The notes below the pieces were generated by a model. That model made no database searches, had not been told where the DNA came from, and was given only the letters and a program-made list of their open reading frames with translations. Both the position numbers and the translations under genes were made by a program. Source: Pseudodesulfovibrio mercurii (GTDB lineage: Bacteria > Desulfobacterota > Desulfovibrionia > Desulfovibrionales > Desulfovibrionaceae). From it: 32,000 bases of DNA. Shown piece after piece: positions 9,514-18,476 of the stretch; position 1 is the first letter of the stretch, and the number at the start of each line of letters is the position of its first letter. Location: positions 3,600,001 to 3,632,000 of the forward strand of contig NC_016803.1 in NCBI RefSeq assembly GCF_000189295.2, read 5' to 3'.

Positions 9514-11349
9514 ATGGAAGATCGCCTCGCCGGTCCGCTGTTCAATCTGGATTCGCCCTTCAACGACCCTGTCCGACACACCCTGTTTTCCATGGTCAGG
9601 CGCCCGCTGGCCAAGGTCCTCAGACTCGACACGCTGAACTCGCTCTACTCGACCCTGCAACAGGGCGAGTGCGAGGGCTGTTTCGTGGACAAGGCCATGG
9701 ACCTGCTCGGGGTGCGCTTCTCCGTGGACGGCCAGCCCGTGTCCAGGGTGCCGCGCACCGGGCCGCTGGTGGCCGTGTGCAACCATCCCTTCGGCGTCCT
9801 CGAGGGGCTCCTGCTGGTGCGCATCCTGCGTGAGGTGCGCTCGGACATCAAGATCATGGCCAACTTCATGCTCGGCATGATCCCGGAGATGGACGACCTG
9901 ATCATCCGGGTGGACCCCTTCGGCGGGGCCGAGTCCTCGCGCAAGAACATCAAGGGGCTCAAGGCGTCCATGCGCTGGCTCAGGGACGGCGGCATGCTGG
10001 TGGTCTTCCCGGCGGGCGAGGTCTCCAGCCTCAAGGTCAGGAAGCGCCGGGTGGGCGACCCGAACTGGAGTCCCATGATCGGGCGGATCATCCGCAGGAC
10101 CGGGGCGGCGGCCCTGCCGGTCTTCTTCAGCGGCCGCAACTCCGGCCTGTTCCAGACGCTGGGGCTCATCCATCCCCGGCTGCGCACCGTGCTCCTGCCC
10201 CACGAGAATCTGAAGCACGCCGCCCGCGACGTCATCGGCGTGCGGCTCGGCACGGTCATTCCCCACGACAAGCTGGCCGAGCTGGACGGCGACCAGGCCG
10301 TGGTGGACTACCTGCGCTTCCGGACCTACCTCCTGCGCCGGGAGGACAAGCCGCGCTTCCATTTCAAGCACCGCGAGACCAGGCGGCGCATGGACCCCAT
10401 CGCCAATTCGCGCGGCAGGCACATCCTCGCCTCCGAGGCGGCCAGCCTGGACGACGAACAGATCCTGCTGACCAGCGGCGACTTCACCGTGTTCCACGCC
10501 CAGGCCCACCAGATCCCCCGGCTGCTGCGCGAGATCGGCATCCGTCGCGAGGAAACCTTCCGCCAGGTGGGCGAGGGCACGGGGAGGGCCATGGACATCG
10601 ACCGGTTCGACGACACCTACCATCACCTGGTGCTCTGGAACCACAGGGAACGCGAGGTGGCCGGGGCGTACCGTTTCGCCCGGACCGACGAGATTCTGGC
10701 CGCGCAGGGGGTGTCCGGCCTGTACACCTCGACCCTGTTCAACTACCGGCCGGGCTTCCTGGAGGAGCTGGGCCCCGCCCTGGAGCTGGGCCGGTCCTTC
10801 GTGGTCCCCCGGTACCAGCGCAGCTACCAGCCGCTGCTCCTGCTGTGGAAGGGGCTGGCCGAGTACGTGGTCCGCAACCCGCGCTACCACCGGCTCTTCG
10901 GCTGCGTGTCCATCTCCAGCGAGTATTCGGTCATCGCCCGCGAGCTCATCGTCGGCTTCATGGAGCGCCACTGCTCCCTGCCGGAGCTGGCCCGCATGGC
11001 CCTGCCCAAGCGGCCGCCCAAGGTCCGCAAGCTCAAGCGTCTGGACTTCTCCCTGCCCGAGGCGGTCTTCGACGACCCCGAGGACGTGGCCGACTTCGTG
11101 CGCGACGTGGAGGACGGCCGGTCCATCCCGGTGTTGCTCAAGCAGTACCTCAAGCTGGGCGGCAAGATCATCGGCTTCAACATGGACCCGGATTTCGGCA
11201 ACTGCATGGACGGCCTCATCCTGGTGGATCTGCTCCAGTCCGACCCCAAGGTCCTGTCCCGGTTCATGGGCCGCGACGGGGTGAATCGCTTCCGGGCGGA
11301 CAACCGCGCGGCGATCCAGCCGGTGCGCCGGAGCGGCGCGGCGGCCTGA
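9514..11349 (+). CDS. olsF: Bifunctional acyltransferase: N-terminal PlsC/LPLAT-like domain plus C-terminal OlsB-like GNAT domain (OlsF-type ornithine/aminolipid synthase candidate)
   Basis: ATG at 9514 with AGGAGGAAGG upstream. The N-terminal domain has CNHPFGVLEG and VVFPAGEVS acyltransferase motifs. The C-terminal domain (FRQVGEGTGRAMDIDRFDDTYHHLVLWNHREREVAGAYRF) resembles N-acyl amino acid synthases. Confidence 0.7.
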   Translation: MEDRLAGPLFNLDSPFNDPVRHTLFSMVRRPLAKVLRLDTLNSLYSTLQQGECEGCFVDKAMDLLGVRFSVDGQPVSRVPRTGPLVAVCNHPFGVLEGLLLVRILREVRSDIKIMANFMLGMIPEMDDLIIRVDPFGGAESSRKNIKGLKASMRWLRDGGMLVVFPAGEVSSLKVRKRRVGDPNWSPMIGRIIRRTGAAALPVFFSGRNSGLFQTLGLIHPRLRTVLLPHENLKHAARDVIGVRLGTVIPHDKLAELDGDQAVVDYLRFRTYLLRREDKPRFHFKHRETRRRMDPIANSRGRHILASEAASLDDEQILLTSGDFTVFHAQAHQIPRLLREIGIRREETFRQVGEGTGRAMDIDRFDDTYHHLVLWNHREREVAGAYRFARTDEILAAQGVSGLYTSTLFNYRPGFLEELGPALELGRSFVVPRYQRSYQPLLLLWKGLAEYVVRNPRYHRLFGCVSISSEYSVIARELIVGFMERHCSLPELARMALPKRPPKVRKLKRLDFSLPEAVFDDPEDVADFVRDVEDGRSIPVLLKQYLKLGGKIIGFNMDPDFGNCMDGLILVDLLQSDPKVLSRFMGRDGVNRFRADNRAAIQPVRRSGAAA

Positions 11350-11430
11350 GCACACGGCGGACCTTGGGAGGATCGCCCGCACGGCCGCGCCGGGCTTGGC
11401 TTTCCGGCGCGAACAGCATATGTTGCCCGC

Positions 11431-12162
11431 ATGCGAAAATACCTGATCCTCCTGCCCCTGCTGTTCGCCGTCCTGCTCCTGTCCGCCGGTTGCCAACGGG
11501 CGGACGTACCGACGTCCGAAAAGGACAAGCCCGCGGCTCCGGCGCAGGCTCCGGCAGAGGGGACATCCCCGGCAGCCGCCGAAGCGGACAAGCCCAAGGT
11601 GCCCGACGGCTGTTCGGCCGAGTTCCGGGCCCTGTTCGACCACGCGGTGGTGGAGCTGCACGGCACGGGCGCCCTGGACGTGGCCGTGGTCACCGACCCC
11701 CTGTGCTGGCACTGCCGCCTGGCCCACAAGCTCCTGGGCGAGTATCCCGAGCTGTACGGCAGACTGCGCCTCTCCTTTTTCCCGCGCCGCAGCTTCATCG
11801 GTTCGGACATGGCCGCCTGGATCCTGGAGGACGCGGCGGGCACGGACCGCCTGCAAAAACTGGTGGATTTCGGCTACAACGACTTGCAGCAGCCCAAGGT
11901 CAAGGACCTCATGGAGGCGCGCATGCTCGTCCTGGCCCAGTTCACCAAGGCCTTCCCGGACCTGCTCGCGGACGGGCCCATCGCGCAGCTCTACGTCCGG
12001 CTGCAAAAGGCGCACGAACCCCATGTGGTGGAGAGCGCCATGCTCGCCCAGGCAGCCCATCTCCCCGGTACGCCCATCCTCGTGGCGGGCGACCAGGTGG
12101 TCCTGGGCTTCGGCCCCGACGTTTGGCTCAAGGTCTTGAAAGAGGCCGGGATGTGCCGGTAG
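11431..12162 (+). CDS. DsbA/thioredoxin-fold lipoprotein (thiol:disulfide oxidoreductase-like)
   Basis: Lipobox LLLSAG|C, a Pro/Ala-rich linker, and the CxxC motif DPLCWHCRLAH. Confidence 0.75.
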   Translation: MRKYLILLPLLFAVLLLSAGCQRADVPTSEKDKPAAPAQAPAEGTSPAAAEADKPKVPDGCSAEFRALFDHAVVELHGTGALDVAVVTDPLCWHCRLAHKLLGEYPELYGRLRLSFFPRRSFIGSDMAAWILEDAAGTDRLQKLVDFGYNDLQQPKVKDLMEARMLVLAQFTKAFPDLLADGPIAQLYVRLQKAHEPHVVESAMLAQAAHLPGTPILVAGDQVVLGFGPDVWLKVLKEAGMCR

Positions 12163-12232
12163 CCGTTCCCCGGCCGACCCCGGAAGCATGACGACCCCGG
12201 ACAGGCGCCGTCCCCGGGACAAGGAGACACCC

Positions 12233-13855
12233 ATGACCATCGCCCGTATTTCCCCGGCCGCCCCGCGCCGGGCGTTTTTTCTGGCCGCGCTGCTGCTCGC
12301 TCTCGCGGGCCTGGCGCTGCCCGCCCTGCCCGACGCGGCCTTCGCCGGATCGCGCTCCGCCGAAACCTTCGACTATGCCGCCCTCAAGGGCATGGCCCGC
12401 GCCCTGGCCGGGCAGCCCTGGGCCGACCATGACGGCGAGATTCCCGAGGCGGTCTCGGACCTGACCTGGGACCAGTACCAGGCCATCCGCTACAACCGGG
12501 ACCACGCCCTGTGGCGCGACGGGGGCTCGAAATTCCAGGCCACGCTCTTCCATCTCGGGCTCTACTTCAAGCGGCCCGTGGCCATCTATGCGCTCAAGGA
12601 CGGCAAGGCCACGCGGATCGCCAGCGACGCCGGGCTGTTCGACTACGGCACGTCCGGCATCGACCCGGCCAGGCTCCCCAGGGACATGGGCTTCGCGGGC
12701 TTCCGGCTGCAATTCTCCCCGGACTGGGAGCGCGACGTGGTCGCCTTCCTGGGCGCGAGCTATTTTCGCGCCGTGGGCAAGGAGATGCAGTACGGCCTGT
12801 CCGCGCGCGGGCTGGCCGTGGATACGGCCCTGCCCCGGCCCGAGGAGTTTCCGGTCTTCACCGCCTTCTGGCTGGAGCGGCCCGAGCCGGGCAGCGACAC
12901 GGCCACGGTCTACGCCCTCCTGGATTCGCCGAGCGTCACCGGGGCCTACCGCTTCGACATCACCCCCGGCGACACCCTCGCCATGCGCGTGGACGCGGCC
13001 CTGTATCCGCGCAAACCCATCGAGCGGCTGGGCATCGCCCCGCTGACCAGCATGTACATGGTCGGCGAGAACGACCGGCGCACCGGCTACGACTGGCGGC
13101 CGGAAATCCACGACTCGGACGGTCTGGCCCTGCACACCGGGGCGGGCGAGTGGCTCTGGCGGCCCCTGAACAACCCGCGCTCCCTGCGCTTCAACGCCTA
13201 CATGGACGACAACCCCAGGGGGTTCGGCCTGCTCCAGCGCGACCAGAATTTCGACCATTACCAGGACGACGGGGTCTACTACGACAAGCGGCCCGGCCTG
13301 TGGGTGGTCCCGCGCGGGGACTGGGGCAAGGGGTCGGTGCAGCTGGTGGAGATCCCCACCCTGGACGAGACCTTCGACAACATCGTGGCCTTCTGGCACC
13401 CGGACGAACCCGTGGTGCCCGGCCGGGAACTGCTCTACAGCTATGATCTCTTCTGGGGCACGGCCTCGCCCGGTCCCGCGGACCTGGCCCGGACGGTCGA
13501 CACCTTCACCGGGCTGGGCGGCGAGGCGGGCAAGCGGCGCACGCACTACGGCAAGCGGTTCGTGGTCGATTTCGCAGGCGGCCCGCTGGCCGGTCTCGCC
13601 AGGGACGCCAAGGTCGAGGCCTCCATCACGGCCTCGGCGGGCGAAGTGGAGTTGTCCTCGGTCCTGCCCCTCCATGCGGTCAACGGCTACAGGGTGCGCT
13701 TCGACCTCGTTCCGCCCGACGAGAGCGAAAATCCGATCAACCTGCGCCTGGTCCTGACCTCGGGCGGCCGAACCTTGTCCGAGACCTGGACCTACCAGTG
13801 GACGCCGCCCCCGGCGGACGAGCGCAAGCTGCACAACGCCGGGCACCTGCAATAG
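12233..13855 (+). CDS. opgD: Periplasmic glucan biosynthesis protein, OpgD/OpgG (MdoD/MdoG) family
   Basis: ATG at 12233 with AAGGAGA upstream. Tat-like signal PRRAFFLAALLLALAG. MdoG-family blocks (FRLQF, YFRAVG, YGLSARGLA, FTAFWLERP, GAYRF). Confidence 0.85.
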   Translation: MTIARISPAAPRRAFFLAALLLALAGLALPALPDAAFAGSRSAETFDYAALKGMARALAGQPWADHDGEIPEAVSDLTWDQYQAIRYNRDHALWRDGGSKFQATLFHLGLYFKRPVAIYALKDGKATRIASDAGLFDYGTSGIDPARLPRDMGFAGFRLQFSPDWERDVVAFLGASYFRAVGKEMQYGLSARGLAVDTALPRPEEFPVFTAFWLERPEPGSDTATVYALLDSPSVTGAYRFDITPGDTLAMRVDAALYPRKPIERLGIAPLTSMYMVGENDRRTGYDWRPEIHDSDGLALHTGAGEWLWRPLNNPRSLRFNAYMDDNPRGFGLLQRDQNFDHYQDDGVYYDKRPGLWVVPRGDWGKGSVQLVEIPTLDETFDNIVAFWHPDEPVVPGRELLYSYDLFWGTASPGPADLARTVDTFTGLGGEAGKRRTHYGKRFVVDFAGGPLAGLARDAKVEASITASAGEVELSSVLPLHAVNGYRVRFDLVPPDESENPINLRLVLTSGGRTLSETWTYQWTPPPADERKLHNAGHLQ

Positions 13856-13871
13856 GGCGCACGCACGAATG

Positions 13872-13899
13872 AAAAAGGGCCTCGCTAGAGGCCCTTTTT
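13872..13899. terminator. Bidirectional intrinsic terminator between opgD and the LOG gene
   Basis: AAAAAGGGCCTC-GCTA-GAGGCCCTTTTT. The right arm overlaps the last codons (KKGL-stop) of the minus-strand LOG gene. Confidence 0.8.
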
Positions 13900-14481
13900 C
13901 ATTTCAATCCATTTGTCCACCTTCGGCGGATCGTACTCGGCGAACATGTCGATGAGCTCGCCGGGGTCGGGGCTGGTCAGGACCATGCGCCGGTGGTCGG
14001 GCAGAAGGAAGCCCTCGGCGACCATGCGGTCCATGTGCTCGGCCAGGCAGGTGTAGTAGCCGTTGACGTCGAGCAGACCGCACGGCTTGGCGTGGTAGCC
14101 GATCTGGCTCCAGGTCAGGACCTCGAAGAATTCCTCCAGCGTGCCGATGCCGCCGGGCAGGGTGATGAACCCGTCCGAGAAGTCGGCCATGAGCTGCTTG
14201 CGCTCATGCATGGAGTTGACCACGTGGGACTCGGTCAGTCCCTGGTGGGCGATCTCCTTCTCGACCAGCCGCTTGGGGATGACCCCGATGGCCTCGCCGC
14301 CCGCCGCCAGGCAGGCGTCGGCCAGACGGCCCATGAGCCCGGTGGAGGACCCGCCGTAGACCAGGCCGATCCCGCGCGCGGCCAGCTCGCGGCCCACGGC
14401 TTCGGCCGCGGCCACGTAGGCCGGGTTGTTGCCCGGATTGGACCCGAGGTAGACGCACAGGCGCTTCAGCTTGCGGCTCAC
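13885..14481 (-). CDS. LOG-family protein (cytokinin riboside 5'-monophosphate phosphoribohydrolase / nucleotide nucleosidase type)
   Basis: GTG start at 14481 with GGAGG upstream. The start overlaps the preceding stop as GTGA. LOG motifs GGSSTGLMG and PGGIGTLEEFFE. Confidence 0.88.
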   Translation of the reverse strand: MSRKLKRLCVYLGSNPGNNPAYVAAAEAVGRELAARGIGLVYGGSSTGLMGRLADACLAAGGEAIGVIPKRLVEKEIAHQGLTESHVVNSMHERKQLMADFSDGFITLPGGIGTLEEFFEVLTWSQIGYHAKPCGLLDVNGYYTCLAEHMDRMVAEGFLLPDHRRMVLTSPDPGELIDMFAEYDPPKVDKWIEMKKGL

Positions 14482-15518
14482 GACGCCGCCTCCATGGCCT
14501 TGCGGATGTCCTCCACGAACTCGTCCACCATGGCCTCGGTGGTGGCCCAGGAGGTCATCCAGCGCACGGTCTGGTCGTGCTCGTTCCAGATGTAGAAGTA
14601 GTATTTTTTCAGCAGGATCTCCGTGGCCTTGGGCGGCAGGTGGGCGAACAGGGAGTTGCAGTCCACGGTTCCCTTGATGGTCACGCCGGGGATGGCCCCG
14701 GCCTTTTCGGCCAGCCGCTTGGCCATGGCGTTGGCGTTTTGCGCGTTCTTGAGCCACAGGTCGTCGGCCAGGTAGGCTTCGAGCTGGGCCGAGACGAAGC
14801 GCATCTTGGAGACCAGCTGCATGGCCTGCTTGCGCAGGTAGGGGAAGCCGTGGCCGATGTCCGGGTTGAGGAAGATCACGGCCTCGCCCATGAGGCAGCC
14901 GTTCTTGGTCCCGCCGAAGGACAGGAAGTCAATGTCCAGCGCCGTGGTCATGTCGAAGAAGGAGCAGTCGAGCGCGGCGCAGGCGTTGGCCAGGCGCGCC
15001 CCGTCCATGTGCACCAGCAGGTCGCGGTCGTGGGCGAACTCCACCAGGTCCTCAATCTCCTTCAGGGTGTACAGGTTGCCCACCTCGGTGGGCTGGGTGA
15101 TGGAGATGACCCGGGGCTGGGAGGCGTGGACGAAGCCAATGTGCCCCAGGTAGGGGGCGATCATGCCGGGCGTGAGCTTGCCGTCCGGGGAGGGGATGGG
15201 CACCAGCTTGATGCCGCCGAAGGCCTCGGGCGCGCCGCACTCGTCGTTGTTGATGTGGGCCTGCTCGGCGCAGAGCACCGAGTTGTAGGTCTCGGTCACG
15301 GAGCGCAGGCCGAGCACGTTGGCCGCCGTGCCGGTGGTCACGTAGTGGATGCGCGCCACAGACCCGAAGAACTCCTTGAAGACCTCGTCGGTGTGGATGG
15401 ACAGTTCGTCGTCGCCGTAGGACTTGAGGTGCCCCCGGTTGACGCGGACCACGGCATCCATGATGGCCGGATGGGCCCCGGAGTTGTTGTCGCTGGCAAA
15501 GGATTTCAGATCGCTCAT
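14478..15518 (-). CDS. Threonine aldolase-family PLP-dependent enzyme (beta-eliminating lyase fold)
   Basis: 346 aa. N-terminal FASDNNSGAHPAI and the PLP-lysine region SFGGTKNG. Confidence 0.78.
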   Translation of the reverse strand: MSDLKSFASDNNSGAHPAIMDAVVRVNRGHLKSYGDDELSIHTDEVFKEFFGSVARIHYVTTGTAANVLGLRSVTETYNSVLCAEQAHINNDECGAPEAFGGIKLVPIPSPDGKLTPGMIAPYLGHIGFVHASQPRVISITQPTEVGNLYTLKEIEDLVEFAHDRDLLVHMDGARLANACAALDCSFFDMTTALDIDFLSFGGTKNGCLMGEAVIFLNPDIGHGFPYLRKQAMQLVSKMRFVSAQLEAYLADDLWLKNAQNANAMAKRLAEKAGAIPGVTIKGTVDCNSLFAHLPPKATEILLKKYYFYIWNEHDQTVRWMTSWATTEAMVDEFVEDIRKAMEAAS

Positions 15519-15521
15519 ATG

Positions 15522-16100
15522 TTACTCCAGTCCGAGGAAGTCCCGGACCGCGTGGGTTTGCAGAAGGTAATCGGCCAGGGTGGCATATCCCTTGGCCGCG
15601 GGATGGACATTGTCGTAGTCGGCCAGGGCCGAGGTGTAGGCGGCGGAATCCCGGAGGAAGCCGATGACCGGGACATGGGGCACGCCGAGCCGGTCGCACA
15701 CGGACTCGAAGCCCAGGGAGAGCTGGACGATGTGCTCGGTCCGCTCGGGATCGCCCACGGGCATGGGGCCGATGAACAGGGTCGGCCCGATGGACATGGC
15801 CTCGGCCAGGATGGCCTCCGCGTTGTCGTAGGACAGGGCGGCGGGCACGTCGTTGGCGATGTCGGCCACCCCGAAGGAGAGGATCAGCCGGGTGTCCTGG
15901 CCGGGCAGGAAGCGGCGGGTCACCTCGGTCCGCATGCGTTCGCGGATCTTGGTGGTGGTGTTGGCCCGGACCCCGAGGTTGTACCAGGTCAGGTCATGGC
16001 CCGCGTGCATCATGGCCGAGGCGATGCGGCCCGGCCAGCCCAGCCCGGAGGCGTCGCCGCAGCCGAGCGTCAGGGAGTCGCCGATGAAAAAGGCGATCAT
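15522..16100 (-). CDS. SGNH/GDSL-type hydrolase
   Basis: Block I FFIGDSLT, and block V DNVHP near the C-terminus. Its stop is 3 nt from the aldolase start. Confidence 0.8.
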   Translation of the reverse strand: MIAFFIGDSLTLGCGDASGLGWPGRIASAMMHAGHDLTWYNLGVRANTTTKIRERMRTEVTRRFLPGQDTRLILSFGVADIANDVPAALSYDNAEAILAEAMSIGPTLFIGPMPVGDPERTEHIVQLSLGFESVCDRLGVPHVPVIGFLRDSAAYTSALADYDNVHPAAKGYATLADYLLQTHAVRDFLGLE

Positions 16101-16109
16101 GGTTCCCTC

Positions 16110-16559
16110 CTAGTCCTTGATCCGCGCGGTGACGGACGTGATGTCGATGGCGTAGGCGGCCGTGACGGCCAGGACCTTTTCGTTGTAGGGCATGGCCCGG
16201 CCCGCGTACTTGAGGGTGATCCGGTCCAGGGCGCGCAGCTTGTCCTCGCCATCGAGGGCGCGCGGTGCGCCGCCGCCCATGACCGAACGGAAGCGGTAGC
16301 CCAGCTCGCAGGCGTTTTCGTCGCTGGTCTTGAGGCGCATGTCCACGGCGGCGGAGAAGGCCAGGGGTGCTCCCGAGTCCAGGCAGGCGGCCTTGCGGCC
16401 CTTCCTGCCCGAGTGGACGTACAGGGTGTCGCCCTCGCGCGCGAAATTCACGGGCACGCAGTGCGGGCCTTCGCTGTCGTTCAGGGCCAGCCAGATGACC
16501 TCGGCCCGGTCCAGGATGTCGGCCGCCACGGCCTTGTCGTCGGTCACGCCTTTACGCAT
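16110..16559 (-). CDS. Pyridoxamine 5'-phosphate oxidase-family flavin-binding protein
   Basis: 149 aa from the ATG at 16559 (GGAGGA upstream). Split-barrel-type pattern (WLALNDSEGPHCVPVNFAREGDTLYVHSGRKGRK). The ORF-track start at 16715 is an upstream extension. Confidence 0.7.
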   Translation of the reverse strand: MRKGVTDDKAVAADILDRAEVIWLALNDSEGPHCVPVNFAREGDTLYVHSGRKGRKAACLDSGAPLAFSAAVDMRLKTSDENACELGYRFRSVMGGGAPRALDGEDKLRALDRITLKYAGRAMPYNEKVLAVTAAYAIDITSVTARIKD

Positions 16560-16704
16560 GGTTTCCTCCGGTCGTTGTGAAAACGGCAAACAGTCTAGTA
16601 ATCCCCCGTGGACCCGAAGGCAACCTCCGAAGGTTCCATTTCCGTGATCATCCGGGCGGGCCGTCGTCGCCGGGCCGTAACATGGAAGGGAATCGTGCCG
16701 GGAG

Positions 16705-16732
16705 TTGCCCTCCATGGGAATACTGGTATACT
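16705..16732 (+). promoter_or_regulatory. Putative sigma70 promoter for nhaA
   Basis: TTGCCC (16705-16710), 16 nt spacer, TATACT (16727-16732). About 30 nt upstream of the nhaA ATG. Confidence 0.45.
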
Positions 16733-16761
16733 CGCGTCGTTAACCGCAACAGGAGCCCCCC

Positions 16762-18129
16762 ATGACCCGACCCGAGGACAGGCAACTGCCCATCCACTAC
16801 GTTCTCCGTTCCTTTGACAAGTTCTTCCGCATGGAGGCCGCCGGCGGCATCGCGCTGATGGCCTGCACCGTGGTCGCCCTGATCTGGGCCAACTCGCCCT
16901 GGGCCGCATCCTACGAGGGGCTGTGGCAGACCCGGCTGACCGTGGGCGTGGGGGGCTGGGTCCTGTCCAAGCCCGCGCTTTTGTGGATCAACGACGGGCT
17001 CATGGCCATCTTCTTCTTTCTGGTGGGGCTCGAGATCAAGCGCGAACTCCTGGTGGGCGGGCTGTCCACCCCGAGCCAGACGATCATGCCCGTGGCCGCG
17101 GCCGTGGGCGGCATGGCCGTGCCCGCGCTGATCTTCTTCGGGCTGAACGCCGGTCACGAGTCCATGGCGGGCTGGGGCATCCCCATGGCCACGGACATCG
17201 CCTTCGCGTTGGGGATCATGTCCCTGCTCGGCAACCGGGTGCCCGTGGGCCTCAAGATCTTCCTGACCGCCGTGGCCATCGTGGACGACATCGGGGCCAT
17301 CCTGGTCATCGCCGTCTTCTACACCGCCTCCCTGAACCTGACGGCCCTGCTGGTAGGGTTGGCGGCCCTGGCCCTGATGGCCGTGCTCAACCTGCGCTGG
17401 GGCATCCGCCACTCCATCCCGTACCTGGTCCTCGGGGTGGTGGTCTGGTTCGCCTTTCTCCTGTCCGGCATCCACGCGACCATCGCGGGCGTGCTGGCGG
17501 CCATGACCATCCCGGCCGGGACGCGCATGAACTGCGCCGCCTTCGTCTCGGAGCTGCGCGAGGCCGCCGAGGTCTTCGAGCTGGCCATCACGCCGGGCAA
17601 GAACGTCCTGACCAACAAGGAGCAGCAGATGGCCCTGCACGCCATGGAGCACGCCTACGAGGCGGCCACCACGCCGTTGCAGAACATCGAGCATGCCCTG
17701 CACCCGTGGGTCTCCTTCTTCATCATGCCGGTCTTCGCCCTGGCCAACGCGGGCGTGCCCATGGACGCCGAGGTCTTCGGCCACCTGTTCTCCCCGGTGG
17801 CCCTGGGCGTGTTCCTCGGCCTGGTGGTGGGCAAGCAGGTCGGCGTGACCGGGGCGTGCCTGCTGGTCAGCAAGCTCGGCCTGGCCCGGTTCCCGGACCG
17901 GACCACCCTGGTCCACCTGTGGGGCGCGGCCTGCCTGGCGGGCGTGGGCTTCACCATGTCCATCTTCATCGGCAACCTGGCCTTCGACGAGGGCACCTCC
18001 CTGGTGGCCCTGGCCAAGATCGCCATCCTGTTCGCCTCCCTGGTCTCGGGGATTCTCGGCTACCTGGTCCTGCGCTACCTGGCCCCGGAAGCCCCGGCCG
18101 CCGGAGCGGAGCACATCACCGACGCCTAG
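16762..18129 (+). CDS. nhaA: Na+/H+ antiporter NhaA
   Basis: 455 aa polytopic membrane protein. NhaA blocks (LWINDGLMAIFFFLVGLEIKRE, WGIPMATDIAFALG, FLTAVAIVDDIGAI). Confidence 0.95.
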   Translation: MTRPEDRQLPIHYVLRSFDKFFRMEAAGGIALMACTVVALIWANSPWAASYEGLWQTRLTVGVGGWVLSKPALLWINDGLMAIFFFLVGLEIKRELLVGGLSTPSQTIMPVAAAVGGMAVPALIFFGLNAGHESMAGWGIPMATDIAFALGIMSLLGNRVPVGLKIFLTAVAIVDDIGAILVIAVFYTASLNLTALLVGLAALALMAVLNLRWGIRHSIPYLVLGVVVWFAFLLSGIHATIAGVLAAMTIPAGTRMNCAAFVSELREAAEVFELAITPGKNVLTNKEQQMALHAMEHAYEAATTPLQNIEHALHPWVSFFIMPVFALANAGVPMDAEVFGHLFSPVALGVFLGLVVGKQVGVTGACLLVSKLGLARFPDRTTLVHLWGAACLAGVGFTMSIFIGNLAFDEGTSLVALAKIAILFASLVSGILGYLVLRYLAPEAPAAGAEHITDA

Positions 18130-18151
18130 GCCGCCTGCGCGACAAGCAACC

Positions 18152-18192
18152 GAAAGCCCCCGCCGGTCATGGACCGGCGGGGGCTCTTTCGT
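18152..18192. terminator. Bidirectional intrinsic terminator (nhaA versus the small ORF and mnmE)
   Basis: AAAGCCCCCGCCGGTC-ATG-GACCGGCGGGGGCTCTTTCG. GC-rich 14-nt arms flanked by A- and T-rich runs. Confidence 0.8.
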
Positions 18193-18205
18193 TCCGCAGC
18201 GGGGG

Positions 18206-18475
18206 CTAGAAGTCGGCCAGACCCAGGGGGTCGAGCTCGGAGACCTGCACGCGCACGAAGGTGGCCACGTCGAAGAACAGGTCCTGACGGATGTCGGTCA
18301 GCCGCCAGCGGCTGCCCGTGCCGAAGGAGTTCCACAACTCGGTCTGGATGCCCTGGCGGACCTTGAAGGACAGGCTCTCCACGTCGGGTTCCGAGCCCTC
18401 CAGGTAGGTCTGCATGAGCGGCACCAGGCCGCAGGTAACGTGCTGCACGTCGATAATTTCGGGTTGGTCGGTCAT
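18206..18475 (-). CDS. Hypothetical acidic 89-aa protein, translationally coupled to mnmE
   Basis: The ATG at 18475 lies 1 nt after the mnmE TGA stop (18477-18479). Strong GC3 codon bias throughout. I recognise no family motif. Confidence 0.6.
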   Translation of the reverse strand: MTDQPEIIDVQHVTCGLVPLMQTYLEGSEPDVESLSFKVRQGIQTELWNSFGTGSRWRLTDIRQDLFFDVATFVRVQVSELDPLGLADF

Positions 18476-18476
18476 G

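Noticed and set aside
9499-12240. 913-aa minus-strand ORF spanning the acyltransferase and DsbA-like genes. The same class covers 12128..13852, 14577..16580, 16648..18114, 18414..19919, 20204..21253, 21470..22603, 24553..25971, 26760..28550, 26801..28885 and 30577..31854
   Set aside because: All of them lie opposite genes with clear family signatures, ribosome-binding sites and GC3 bias. Their translations are Arg/Gly/Pro/Ala/His-rich and span several unrelated genes. I treat them as stop-codon-poor antisense frames.
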